DNA from: Patescibacteria group bacterium
GTDB taxonomy: Bacteria > Patescibacteriota > Minisyncoccia > Portnoybacterales > UBA2143
Assembly: GCA_018830295.1 (NCBI GenBank)
Contig: JAHJSM010000002.1
Location: 14,598-78,597, forward strand
DNA length: 64,000 bases
Reading direction: 5' to 3'
The translations under genes were made by a program, and so were the position numbers. Position 1 is the first letter of the stretch, and every line of letters begins with the position of its first letter. Positions 36,671-47,400 of this stretch are shown here, one piece after another. Below the pieces are notes generated by a model. The model did not search any database. It was not told where the DNA came from and saw only the letters and a program-made list of their open reading frames with translations.

Positions 36671-36675
36671 AGTTT

Positions 36676-36930
36676 TTATTTAAGTAATTTTTTAATATTT
36701 TTGAGTTGAAATTTTTGAGCTTCTTTTTGAAGTTCTTTTATTTTCTCGATAACTTTCAAGGATTTTTCATGGTCATAAAGCCGATGTTTTCCCGGCGTAT
36801 GTCCGGATGGCTTCAACAGCCCCTTTTGAGTATAAAATTTAATTTCCGAGACGGTAGACCCGACTTCTTTGGCTAATTGTCCAATTTTAATAAGTTTTTT
36901 GTTCATAGATTGGCGTGCACCATGGTGCAC
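36676..36930 (-). CDS. MerR-type HTH protein (candidate excisionase/recombination directionality factor)
   Basis: MNKKLIKIGQLAKEVGSTVSEIKFYTQKGLL helix-turn-helix; real start probably the Met at 36906. Confidence 0.45.
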   Translation of the reverse strand: MHHGARQSMNKKLIKIGQLAKEVGSTVSEIKFYTQKGLLKPSGHTPGKHRLYDHEKSLKVIEKIKELQKEAQKFQLKNIKKLLK

Positions 36931-37011
36931 ATTAGAATTAGGAATTACTAATTACTATTTTAGTTGAAAAAATAAAAAGGTCAAGGTTTTAGTACGGTGC
37001 GAATAATAAGG

Positions 37012-37788
37012 CTATTGAGACAACGAATCGCATTTTTGTTCTAATAATAAATATTGCTCTTTGATAGAAATAGCCTCACTGACTTTTTCCGAAGCCTCCT
37101 CTAATCTGGATTGTTGATCTTCTATTTGGCTTTTCCTTGAAACATAGAGTTTTTCAAGTTCTAAATGCCTATAAAGTTCCCCTTTACATTCAGCTGTTAG
37201 ATTTGTATAGCAGCCACTTGGGATATTTTCAAACTCGCTAGATGAAATATTAGAGAATGGAATTGGCATATTACTCCCTCGCTGACTGCGTAAAATTTCT
37301 AATTCAGTTTTGGTAGCTTCAAATTGTTCAAAATCTGGATCCCAATAATGAGTAGGGTCAATCACGGTTATATCGTCATTTTCGATTCTTTGAATTTCAG
37401 AGGTAGCCTGGTCTAAATTTTTCTGCCAGCGAGCGACTTCATTAAGTTGGTGGGATATTTCATCAAGTATGCTTTGATAACCCGAATAACCCCTATCTAA
37501 TAGATAATTTCTCGCTTCATTACATGATTGTTCCTTCAAAATAAGATTTGCTTGCTGATTAATAATATTTTGTAATTCTGAGACAGTCTGCTCTTGTTCG
37601 GTTTGTTTAGTTTCTACAACTTCCACTCGTCCAATCAAAATATCCATCTGCTCGGCTATAATTTGGACCGCCTCAGCTGGGGTCTTGCCCTGAATCAAGC
37701 TAACCACGAAAGAGCCGCCCAGCGTGACAGTAGGGAAGACTATAAGTCCGACAATGATACCAATTAAGATTTTTTGATATGTTTTCAT
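37012..37788 (-). CDS. membrane-anchored coiled-coil protein, unknown function
   Basis: N-terminal TM then Gln/Glu-rich coiled coil. Confidence 0.3.
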   Translation of the reverse strand: MKTYQKILIGIIVGLIVFPTVTLGGSFVVSLIQGKTPAEAVQIIAEQMDILIGRVEVVETKQTEQEQTVSELQNIINQQANLILKEQSCNEARNYLLDRGYSGYQSILDEISHQLNEVARWQKNLDQATSEIQRIENDDITVIDPTHYWDPDFEQFEATKTELEILRSQRGSNMPIPFSNISSSEFENIPSGCYTNLTAECKGELYRHLELEKLYVSRKSQIEDQQSRLEEASEKVSEAISIKEQYLLLEQKCDSLSQ

Positions 37789-37799
37789 GAATAACTAAA

Positions 37800-38063
37800 T
37801 CAAACATTAAATTTTGTTCTACAATAAGGACAAATTTCAGCTTTTAATGAAATTCTTTTTTGGCATTTTGGGCAAACCTTCCCTCCGCTTTTACAAAATA
37901 TATAATAGAGAAAAGCAAAAAATCCAAATATTAAGCCCATAAAGAAAGCAACACCAGCGCTCCTTTCTTTTCTTTGAGCTATAAAAAAGCATATCATGCC
38001 CCAAATAACGCCAAAGATGATTATGCCTATAAAGAAAGATTCAAATATATAACTTAAAAACAT
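37800..38063 (-). CDS. small membrane protein with C-terminal zinc ribbon
   Basis: two TM helices then CPKCQKR...CPYCRTKF. Confidence 0.35.
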   Translation of the reverse strand: MFLSYIFESFFIGIIIFGVIWGMICFFIAQRKERSAGVAFFMGLIFGFFAFLYYIFCKSGGKVCPKCQKRISLKAEICPYCRTKFNV

Positions 38064-38081
38064 AATTATTTTAGTTCTTTT

Positions 38082-38741
38082 TTATCTTTCTTCAAGTTTA
38101 ATAACTACCGTTTCAAAATCAGAAGAAAGCCATGAATCATCAAGATAGACCAACTCTAAAGTATCCAGATTTATATTGTTGGGCACTTCATAGGTGATAT
38201 ATCCTCTCATTTTTCTTGTTGGCGCTAATTCAATACTTTCAAATTTTGGTTCTTTTTCGTAAATAGATCTCTCATAAATATGTCCTTGGTTATCATAAAG
38301 CTCAAAATCATATGTACTGTAATATTTAGGATTATCTGTGATATTGGTAAGTTCTATATCAATTGCAATATATTTATTACCTAGTGATGGCTGACGCCAA
38401 GAGTCAGATTCTTGATGTTTAGATATGCCGTATGCGATTATTTTACAGTTTTTTAACCATGCTTCTTTTTTAAGATATACTGTAATAATCTGAGATTTTT
38501 CAGGAGCAAGAGATTGAGTTGTTTCTTTCTTTTTGCTTCCATCTCCATCAATAAAAATAATAATAACAATGACAAAGACGATAAGCCCTAAAACAGCCAA
38601 ACAGCCATAACCTTGCTTTTCTTGCTCTTTTTTCTTAATCTCTTTTTCTGCTTTAACCCTCGCCTCTACTCGCATTTTTTCTTCCATTTCTATTTCTTCT
38701 TGTTTTGATAAATTTTCGCTTTTCTTTTTTTCTTCGTTCAT
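38082..38741 (-). CDS. membrane-anchored DUF4352-like protein
   Basis: charged N-terminus, TM, C-terminal block resembling DUF4352 (GNKYIAIDIELTNITDNPKYYSTYDFELYDNQGHIYE). Confidence 0.35.
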   Translation of the reverse strand: MNEEKKKSENLSKQEEIEMEEKMRVEARVKAEKEIKKKEQEKQGYGCLAVLGLIVFVIVIIIFIDGDGSKKKETTQSLAPEKSQIITVYLKKEAWLKNCKIIAYGISKHQESDSWRQPSLGNKYIAIDIELTNITDNPKYYSTYDFELYDNQGHIYERSIYEKEPKFESIELAPTRKMRGYITYEVPNNINLDTLELVYLDDSWLSSDFETVVIKLEER

Positions 38742-38931
38742 ATTTTTTTATTTATATTTTAATTATGTCCAAAAACACAAAGCCCCCCACGAGTGATAGT
38801 CCTTTCGGACCATCCAATAGCCTTTCGACCATTGACCCAATCACGAGTACTCAATGAGGAGCTTAATATCGTGATTGGGGTTTTATGCCATATCCCTATG
38901 AGACGAGACTTAGGCAAATTAAATTGTCTGA

Positions 38932-39870
38932 TTATAGATTATCTTTTTTATTCTTTTTAGTCAACCGCTTGTCGTGGAATTTGTGATAGGCTTCTTTTAG
39001 AAAATTGTTTGAGACACTTAAGTATCTTTCGGTTGTGGAAATTGAGCTATGTCCAAGTAATTTTTGGACAAAGTAAAGATTACAGCCGTTGTTGAGCAAA
39101 TCCACGGCGAAAGACCTCCTCATTGTATGAGGCGTGACTTTTTTGACAATCTTGGCTAATTTGCTATATTTGGTTATCAGTAATTGAACGCCCCGAGGTG
39201 ATAGCCGGGCTATTATATCCCTATCATGACGGACAAATAGGGCAGGACAATTATCTTTTCTTGCCTTAAGGTAATTTTCAAGACCATCAATGGCATTTCC
39301 GGACAGAAAAACCAGTCTAATCTTGCCTCCCTTGCCTATGATTGCGAGCTCTTTTTGTTTAAAATTAATTTGTTCCTTATTTAAATTAGTTAGTTCGAAA
39401 AGCCGGAGCCCAGTTGAAAATAAAAGTTCTAAAATTGCTTTATCTCGCAAATTGATTATTGGCTTGGCTTGGTATCTAAGTGGAGCTTTTAGTAATTTCC
39501 TCAATTCGGACCTATCTAAAAAAGTTACTTCTCTGTCACTAATTTTAGGCAATTCAATGATTTGAGGCGTAATAGCTATTTTATAATCTTGTTTTTGAAG
39601 ATGGGCAATAAAACTGCGGATTATTATTAAATAATGCGATTGGGTGGCTAAACTCAAATTTTGGCTTGATTTGCCTTTTAATTTGCTCAACCACAATTGA
39701 TAATTAATTAAATTTCTTTTAGTAATTTGGTCAATTGGAATATTGCCAAGTTGCTTTTTAAAAAGATCTAAGCCACGGCTATAACTAATTAGCGTGTGAT
39801 GACTTTTGCCTCTAATTTTTAGATATTCCAAAAAATTTTTAATGGATTGTGTTAATTTTATTGTTTCCAT
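38932..39870 (-). CDS. tyrosine recombinase (XerC/XerD-like integrase family)
   Basis: C-terminal catalytic block TPHTMRRSFAVDLLNNGCNLYFVQKLLGHSSISTTERYLSV (R...HxxR...Y). Confidence 0.8.
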   Translation of the reverse strand: METIKLTQSIKNFLEYLKIRGKSHHTLISYSRGLDLFKKQLGNIPIDQITKRNLINYQLWLSKLKGKSSQNLSLATQSHYLIIIRSFIAHLQKQDYKIAITPQIIELPKISDREVTFLDRSELRKLLKAPLRYQAKPIINLRDKAILELLFSTGLRLFELTNLNKEQINFKQKELAIIGKGGKIRLVFLSGNAIDGLENYLKARKDNCPALFVRHDRDIIARLSPRGVQLLITKYSKLAKIVKKVTPHTMRRSFAVDLLNNGCNLYFVQKLLGHSSISTTERYLSVSNNFLKEAYHKFHDKRLTKKNKKDNL

Positions 39871-39920
39871 AATTTAGGAGCGCGTATCGCGCGCGCGTTA
39901 TAAAACGAACTTATTGGCAA

Positions 39921-40352
39921 TTAATCCGTTATTAACCCTTTTTCCTTAAAAGAAAAGTAATCGTTCTTTAAATTAATTATTATGTGGTCGAACAATTCGA
40001 TTCCCAGTATTTTGCCAGCTTCCGCTATCCTTTTTGTTGTCTTCAAGTCGTCCTCTGACGGCTCAATTTCTCCGCTTGGGTGATTATGTAAAATGATCAA
40101 GCTAGCAGATGATGCCGTTATGGCAGGTCTAAAGGTTTCTCTTGGGTGGATTAAGCCAGCATTCAATACTCCCAGACCTATTAATTCAATCCGTGTTATG
40201 GCATTTCTGGCGTTCAAATATACTGCCCAAAAATGCTCCTTCATTCTGTCGTCTTTTTCTTCTGACTTAAGGACTTCTGTCAAAATCTTAGCTATCTTTT
40301 TAGGATCGCTAATTTTTGTTTTTCTTATTTTATCGCTTATTTTTATTCTCAT
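39921..40352 (-). CDS. RadC-like JAB/MPN domain protein
   Basis: LIILHNHPSGEIEPSEDDLKTTKRI is the JAMM-like HNHPSG motif of RadC (UPF0758). Confidence 0.75.
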   Translation of the reverse strand: MRIKISDKIRKTKISDPKKIAKILTEVLKSEEKDDRMKEHFWAVYLNARNAITRIELIGLGVLNAGLIHPRETFRPAITASSASLIILHNHPSGEIEPSEDDLKTTKRIAEAGKILGIELFDHIIINLKNDYFSFKEKGLITD

Positions 40353-40379
40353 GTTTTGGCTCCTTTCTAAAATTTAAAT

Positions 40380-42330
40380 TATATTTTGGACGCAAAACAA
40401 AAACCCCGGCCGTACAAAATCGACCGGGGCCCTCAACCTCGAAAGGCTGAGACCCAACCTTAAAAAGGTTGAGATGGTTCTATCATACCAAAACCAAAGA
40501 GCGTTTGGCAAATAGAAAAGACCTTAAGTTTTGTAACGGCGCGAACAACGCGCCCAAAAGGCAAATATTCAAGTAAAGATTTTTTAAGTTTCTACCTCCA
40601 TTTTAAGCGATTTTCGGATGAGAGTCAATAGGTCCGAATGGGGATAAACACGCACTGGTAAACGCTTTATAGCGTTTTTGAGGATTGAAGTTGGGTTCAC
40701 ATAATCGGCATTATGAGATTAGCTATAATGTTGGTTTTGAGGTGTTTTGAGCCAGAAAAAAAAGACCGAAGCATAAGAGGACACTTAGCGTTCAAAGGCA
40801 TCTGCGACACGATCTCCAAAAACGCCAGGCAAGTACGTAGTTTATACCGTTTGAGCGATGAACGGGGATATATCTTCAGAATATTAAACTATCCCATTTT
40901 GGCGTTCTACGCTAGTCAGTCTGGGATCGTATGAATTAGGTCATCTTGGATCGAAAAACCCCTTATATGGCTGTTTTTATATCAAAAATCGCCTTCCTCA
41001 GCTACTTTTCTTCTGGGTTGGACAACCGATAGAGTTGTTCGACCAGCGTTGATCGATGTTTTTTGCCATAATCGCCCTTATCAATGAGTCGGTTGAACCA
41101 TTGAGCAATAGCCGGACGACCAAAGTTTCTGTCTTTGACGGTTTCGGCAAAACAAGTAAAACTAGACCAATATGGGTTTTGGTTTGATATTGTATTGAAT
41201 ACTCGATAAATAGATCGCATAGTTAATTTTATATGGGTTTGTTTGATATTGAAGGGCTAACCGAGGGGCTAAGGCACTATCTGTGGTCAGGCTCCTTGCT
41301 GATCAACCTGGGCATTCATCTACCATCTTTTACCATTTTCCCTAGTTAGTTGGCTAACCTCTCTTCATCTTCCCTTACACACCAACCCCCGTTTAGAATA
41401 GCAACGGCTTCCAAAGCCTGTCTATTAGCCTGGAGTACCGCAATCCCTAGGAATCCATTATTTCGTGGTAGGGTCTTGATTGACTGTAGTTGGAATATGA
41501 TGTCCAGCTGTTAAACTTTCATCCATCACCCACCAACCCGAATTCTTTATCGCCCAATCTTTTTACGGTTTAACGATAAAGCAATGTAGACCATAACGCT
41601 CTACTGCGCGGAAATTACGATGCTACCCCCTTATCGTCAGTAGTGTCCGTATTCCTTTATCCCAGCTGTCTTTTATTAAGACAGTAGCTAACAGGTAGCT
41701 ATACTTAGTGGCACTAATGGGCGGCATCCTGGGTTCGCCTTACCACACCCCATTAGGTTTTTAAGAGTTTTATTAGAGCTCTATTGTAATTAAACAATTT
41801 TTTACCAACAACATCGTCAAGGCGAACCTGCTATTGAATCTAAACGATGTTGCTAGTAAAAAACTGATTATTAACAATCTGGCTAAACTTTAAATCTTCA
41901 TATTCTTTTTTTTGTGTTCTAACTGGCTGTTTTCTGTTGATTCTAAATTTGTCTGATTTTTATTTTTAGCGAACTGGACAAAGACATTGGCTATGTCTTG
42001 GATATTTTTTGCAATTTCAATAATCTCCTTTTCTGAGGGGTCAAGTCCATATTTTTCAAGAATTTTTTTGTAATCTGTATTATCGAAGTCCATGATTGTG
42101 AAAATAAAAAAGCCGCCAACGCTATTCAGGCTGGTGGTTTAGAAATAAAAAAAGACTACTAATCAAAACCCAGCACTGAATTGTGCCAGTCCGATGGTAG
42201 TCTTGTGCGCCTCAGTGGACTTAATAAGAGGAGCGACTTGAGGAATATTTAGTTTTATATCTTATTGAGATATTACTTTAGATTACCCAAAGGGTCAAAT
42301 ATTTGTTTTTTTGGCTTTTCAAACGAGCGG
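40380..42330. other. about 2-kb ORF-poor region inside the island with locally elevated GC (about 47% vs about 38% flanks) and multiple hairpins; candidate structured non-coding RNA(s) or decayed genes
   Basis: only three 60-75 aa ORFs in 1.95 kb; hairpins at 40397-40430 and 40432-40484; 21-nt direct repeat at 41171 and 41231; no rRNA, tRNA or group II domain V signature recognised. Confidence 0.3.
41171..41251. repeat. two copies of direct repeat TATGGGTTT(T)GGTTTGATATTG spaced 60 nt apart
   Basis: copies at 41171-41193 and 41231-41251 flank the start of the 72-aa ORF 41002-41220. Confidence 0.5.
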
Positions 42331-42339
42331 ATTTTTGGT

Positions 42340-42361
42340 ATAATCAAAACATAATACTTCA
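42340..42361 (+). promoter_or_regulatory. promoter-like TGGTATAATCAAAACATAATA, 21-nt identical to the rlmN upstream element
   Basis: exact copy of 1718-1738; contains a TATAAT -10 hexamer; 40 nt upstream of the 42402 start. Confidence 0.4.
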
Positions 42362-42401
42362 GTTTAGCATCAATAAAAAGAGGACTTGATTAAATAATTT
42401 T

Positions 42402-43190
42402 ATGGCAAAAGAAATAACAACTAAATATTTTAAGCAATACAGACAAAAATTAGGTTTTGCCAATCAAATGGATGTTAAAAAGTTTTTTGGAGCCAAGGAT
42501 GTTCTCCCGACCGTAGATTTTAGCTACATAAAGTTATTAAACAAGAGACTTTACGAAATAGTTGATTTAATAAACGCTGTCGTTGCTGATAATATAAAGG
42601 TTGATGATCTGCTTTCGTTTAAAAAAGAAGAGATAGACCATTCTTTTGAGATAATGAAAAAAAACAAAATTTTGCCGAGATTAAATAATCTTGGCAGAAG
42701 ACCCGAACAAGTTTATTTTTCTTGGATGAGGGGCTATGTAATTTCCAGTTTTTTCTTAAAGGCATTGGGCATAGTCTTTGAGGTAGATACTTCAAAAATA
42801 GACCTAATTGGAGATGATGATTTGAGAAATATTGAAACTTTCAGAAGGACTCCAAAAGCGGATTTGGAAATTAAATTAAACGGTAAAGAAAAGGTTAGAA
42901 TAGAAATACAATCTGGTTTTACCGGTATAAATGATATAAAACAACACAAAGTGTTAGAATCAAAACGCATTTTTAGAGATTTGGGAATTCATACATTGGC
43001 AATTCATTTTGATTTATACAACGGACAAGTGGCATTTGTAAAACTAGACGAGATAGAAGACAGAAATATCAATTGGATTACAAGGCAGCAAATGGAAGGG
43101 CAAACGGTTTTTAACATAAATCAGAATTATTTCGTGTGGAAAATTACGCAGAAGCCAATCAAATATAAAAAAATCAAATTTGATTTATGA
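42402..43190 (+). CDS. candidate type II restriction endonuclease (PD-(D/E)xK-like), partner of the adjacent C5-methyltransferase
   Basis: IGDDD...PKADLEIKLNGKEKVRIEIQ fits D-x(n)-ExK; stop overlaps the MTase start (ATGA) implying co-translation. Confidence 0.35.
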   Translation: MAKEITTKYFKQYRQKLGFANQMDVKKFFGAKDVLPTVDFSYIKLLNKRLYEIVDLINAVVADNIKVDDLLSFKKEEIDHSFEIMKKNKILPRLNNLGRRPEQVYFSWMRGYVISSFFLKALGIVFEVDTSKIDLIGDDDLRNIETFRRTPKADLEIKLNGKEKVRIEIQSGFTGINDIKQHKVLESKRIFRDLGIHTLAIHFDLYNGQVAFVKLDEIEDRNINWITRQQMEGQTVFNINQNYFVWKITQKPIKYKKIKFDL

Positions 43191-44314
43191 GTAAAAAAAT
43201 CAAAATAATAGATTTGTTTTCTGGAGTTGGGGGGTTGAGTTATGGCTTTGCTCGCGATGACAATTTTGAGATAGTAGCAGCAAATGAGATTTTGGAAAAT
43301 ATGGCTAAGGCCTATTTGTTAAATCATCCAGGAGTAAAAGTTTATGTTGACGACATAAAGAATTTTAACGCGAAAATTATTAAGGGTGATCTGCGAATTA
43401 AAACAGGGAAAATTGATATAATTGTTGGCGGACCGCCTTGTCAGGCCTATTCAACAGTTGGCAAAAGATTAATTAACGATTCGCGAGGAAAACTTTTTCA
43501 AGAATATTATCGGGTTTTGAAGGAATTCAATCCGAAATTTTTTCTTTTTGAAAATGTAAAAGGATTGCTATCTATGCAAGGAGGAGAATTATTGAAAACA
43601 ATTATGTCGCTTTTTGAATCGTTGGGATACGAGACGCAATATAAGGTTTTAAACGCGGCTGACTACGGCGCGCCGCAAATAAGAGAAAGAGTCATAATTA
43701 TAGGGTCAAAATTAAAAACTAAATTTCAGTATCCAAAACCCACACATTATGATTCGAAAGAAAAACAAAGTTTGTTTAATGATAATTTGCTTCCTTATTT
43801 AACTCTTGAGGACGCCATAAGTGATTTGCCATTTATTAAAGCGGGAGAGGAAATTTTTGAATATATCTCGGAGCCAAAAAACGATTTTCAGAAAATTATG
43901 AGAGAAAATGTTCAGGAAAAGTTGATGGATCATAACGCTCCAAAAAACAACGAAAGATTAATTAAGATAATGGAATTGTTACCGGATGGCGGCACACCTG
44001 AAGATTTGCCGAAAGAGTTGCGACCAACATCGGGATTTAAAAATACTTACTGTCGTTTGTGGTGGAAACGACCATCAACTACAATTACGAGAAATTTAGG
44101 CACACCATCATCTTCCAGGTGTATTCATCCGAAAGCGCCAAGGCCGTTAACCACAAGAGAGGGGGCAAGAATTCAATGTTTTCCAGATGATTATCAATTT
44201 TATGGTTCAAGGGGCGACAGGAACTTACAAATAGGAAATGCCGTTCCGACATTTCTTTCTGTCGCGTTGGCAAAATCGATTTTAAACAATTTTCAAACAG
44301 AAAAATTGATTTAA
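43187..44314 (+). CDS. DNA (cytosine-5)-methyltransferase
   Basis: motif I DLFSGVGG, motif IV GGPPCQAYS, motif VI ENV, motif X QIGNAVP. Confidence 0.85.
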   Translation: MSKKIKIIDLFSGVGGLSYGFARDDNFEIVAANEILENMAKAYLLNHPGVKVYVDDIKNFNAKIIKGDLRIKTGKIDIIVGGPPCQAYSTVGKRLINDSRGKLFQEYYRVLKEFNPKFFLFENVKGLLSMQGGELLKTIMSLFESLGYETQYKVLNAADYGAPQIRERVIIIGSKLKTKFQYPKPTHYDSKEKQSLFNDNLLPYLTLEDAISDLPFIKAGEEIFEYISEPKNDFQKIMRENVQEKLMDHNAPKNNERLIKIMELLPDGGTPEDLPKELRPTSGFKNTYCRLWWKRPSTTITRNLGTPSSSRCIHPKAPRPLTTREGARIQCFPDDYQFYGSRGDRNLQIGNAVPTFLSVALAKSILNNFQTEKLI

Positions 44315-44408
44315 TTTACAGAAAAAGGTTTCTAGCATCTTTTTATGCAGATGCGCCTGGCGTTTCGTTGGACGATCTAATGAAATAATCAATGAATATA
44401 TTTTATTT

Positions 44409-47400
44409 ATGGCAACTTATTATCAAAACAGATATAGATATCGAGGAGGATATAATAAAAGAGCTTCGGCTAATATTAGAACAAAAGAAAACAAAGCGCC
44501 GATAGTCCATACTGATCCAACATCTTCTCGTTGGCAGAATCTTCTTAAATATTATGGAGCCTGTATTTCGGTTGAGAATTCTGGAGAAATTACGCTTTTT
44601 TCTTTTAAAGAAGGGACAGAATTTTTACAAGTGCCAGTAATGGATAAAGAGTGGGTTGCGTCTGGGAAAGAGCGATTAGAGTTTGAAGGGCAAAATGAAA
44701 AAATACAAACATTAATCAACGGGCCACGGTGGAGTCGGAGCCCGCTTTCTTTTTTTTACGGTTTTCCATGCCACATCAAACATATTGAACAATCAAGGCG
44801 CGGCTGGTCAGGTCAAATTATTCAGCCGATTTTGATTTTCGGCGTTGATCTAATACGGACGGAAACTGGGTACGCGTTTGTATTACAATCAGATAGACCA
44901 AGAATAAATTCAGCTTTTCTTACTGATAAAAGTTTATTAACCAGTGTTGAGGAAAGAAAACAAGTAGCTGAAGCGGTTTTGGGGGCATGGGACGAAGAAA
45001 AAAGCAGAGAGCAGAACCTTAAAACCATTCTTAGCGCATTTGCCGAATTACTACCGCAAGAGGTTTTATTTTCAAAAGATATTTTACGCGACAAAACGAC
45101 TGAATTGAAAGCAGAAAACAGTATTTTGCCTCTTGGAATAATTTTTCGAAGCGTGGATTCAAAATATACATACGGATTAGAACAGGAGTTGAGCGAACTG
45201 CGGGGCGTTGCCACTCCGAATGATGTTTGGCGCGTCATTTTGGACCGAAATACAGAAGATGGAAAAAATAACAAGAATGACGAGTTTTTGGAAATAACTG
45301 GACTGAACGATGAACAGCGCGGAGCGGTCAAAAGTGCTTTTAATAATATAGTTAGCGTAATCACAGGGCCGCCAGGAACTGGAAAATCGCAAATTGTCCT
45401 CAATATTATTGCTAATGCCTTATTACATAACGAGAGCGTCTTGTTCGGAAGTAAAAATCATAAGGCAGTTGATGTTGTTATTGAACGGTTGTTGCGACTA
45501 CAGTCAGAACCAGTCATTTTAAAATATGGGCAAAAAGAACGAGAGGTTGAGTTTGCAGAAGCGCTTTTATCTGCGATTGAGCGCGCATCAAGTTATGACA
45601 GTCAAATATTAGAACGCGAAATCGGAGAATATAAGAAAAAATTAGAATTAATCAGAGAGGAAGAAGAAGAGGCGAAAAAATCTCTTTTTCGTATTCTTGA
45701 CCGGAGAAATCGCATCAGCCATCTTGATGCCGTTCTTGAATTAATTAAAACGGAGTTGCCTTCACCAATTTCTAAAAATTTAAAGCAGTATAAAAAGATT
45801 GAAAGAAATTATAACTTTAATAGATTACTTGGTCTTTTGGGTCGTTTGATAAAAGAAATTGATGGGGACTTGAGTTTTGTTTCGCGCATCCTTTCTTTTT
45901 TTGGTTTAACCATAGAGAAGCGGGTATTGAAAGCTTCAAAGTCTTTGCTTATTGTTATGCCTATTCAGGGCATTTCTTTTCCGATCAAATCAGAACATAA
46001 TTGCAGGGAGATTTTGACTGTTGCGCGTTTACTGAAGCGATGGATGGATAATCAATCAGAACTTCTAAGCGTTGTGCGCGAAAATGAAAATGAACAACGA
46101 ATAGAAATTTTACGAGAGAGAATAACAAAAAGTAAAGAGCGCGCAATTGATGTCAGTATCAGATATGTTGATGCGCTGATGAAGCGTCGCTTGAAATCAT
46201 TAGGAAGTAAGGAGCGACGCGATATTGCTGATTATGTAAGTATTGTTCGGCGACTAGAAGGCGATGTAATTGGCGGCGATTTTGCCAAAAGATTATACAA
46301 TGAAAGAAAGCGGATGTTTAAGAGCGTGGTTAGAGCATTTCCGGCAATGGCTGTAACAAACCTGTCTGTACGCCATGCGCTTCCATTAAGCGCTGATGTT
46401 GTTGATATAGTGGTTATTGACGAAGCGTCGCAATGCGATATTGCATCAGCACTTCCGCTCCTGTATAGAGCAAAACGGGCTGTAATTATTGGAGATCCGA
46501 ATCAGCTTACCCATATTTCTCTTTTACATCGCGCAGACGATCAGCAATTGCAGCAACAGATGGGGTTAACCTCCACGGATGACCAGCGTTTTCTTTACAG
46601 CATCAACTCTCTTTTTGAACTTGCAAGAAGTACTGTTGGCACAGGAGCAAAGTTTACGCACCTGCTTGAACATTATCGTAGTCGCGCAGAGATTATTGGA
46701 TTTTCAAATAAAAGATTTTACGGCAATAGGTTGAGCGTGTGGACGGATTATAGGCGATTGCGCGGAACAGGACATCCAGACGCTGTTGTTTGGCATGATG
46801 TTGTTGGAGAAGTTATTCGTCCATCTGTCGGAAGCGCTTATAATCTTGATGAAGCAAAAGAAATTGTTGTGTTGATTGAGGAGATTATTAAAAGAATTGC
46901 GGCGCATGGCGATGATTATTCTGTATCGCTTGGCGTCGTGACTCCATTCAGGGAACAAGCGAATAAGATTAGAGATTTAATAGGGCAAAAAATAGATGCA
47001 GCTCAGCTACGAAAGTTGGATTTTATAGTCGAAACTGCTCATAAATATCAAGGCGATGAGAAAGATATAATGATTTTCTCCCCCGTAGTATCCCGTAAAA
47101 TTCAAAAACGCTCACTCGGATTTTTAGGTAGTACGGTTAATTTATTTAATGTAGCGATTACTCGCGCGCGGGCAGAATTACATATTGTCGGTGATAGAGT
47201 TGCTTGTGCTCAATCGGGCATTCTACATCTTTCGAAGTTTGTGCAATATGTCGATGAATTAGAGCCAGAAAATAAAGACCAAAAAGGTGGAAAATTTGAG
47301 TCGCCATGGGAGGAAGTTTTGTACGATGCGCTCGCTCGGAAAGGGATTAAGACAATCCCTCAATATCCTCTCCATCAATATCGTCTTGATCTTGCTATCG

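Noticed and set aside
40380-42330. rRNA fragment, tmRNA, RNase P RNA or group II intron as explanation for the ORF-poor region
   Set aside because: No match by eye to universally conserved 16S/23S blocks, the tmRNA tRNA-like 3' end, RNase P P4/CR-I (AGGAAAGTCCGGGCTCC) or group II domain V (AGC..GTATG..GAAA..CATACGG). A weak resemblance of 41419-41445 to 16S GCCTGGGGAGTACGGCCGCAAGG was judged insufficient.
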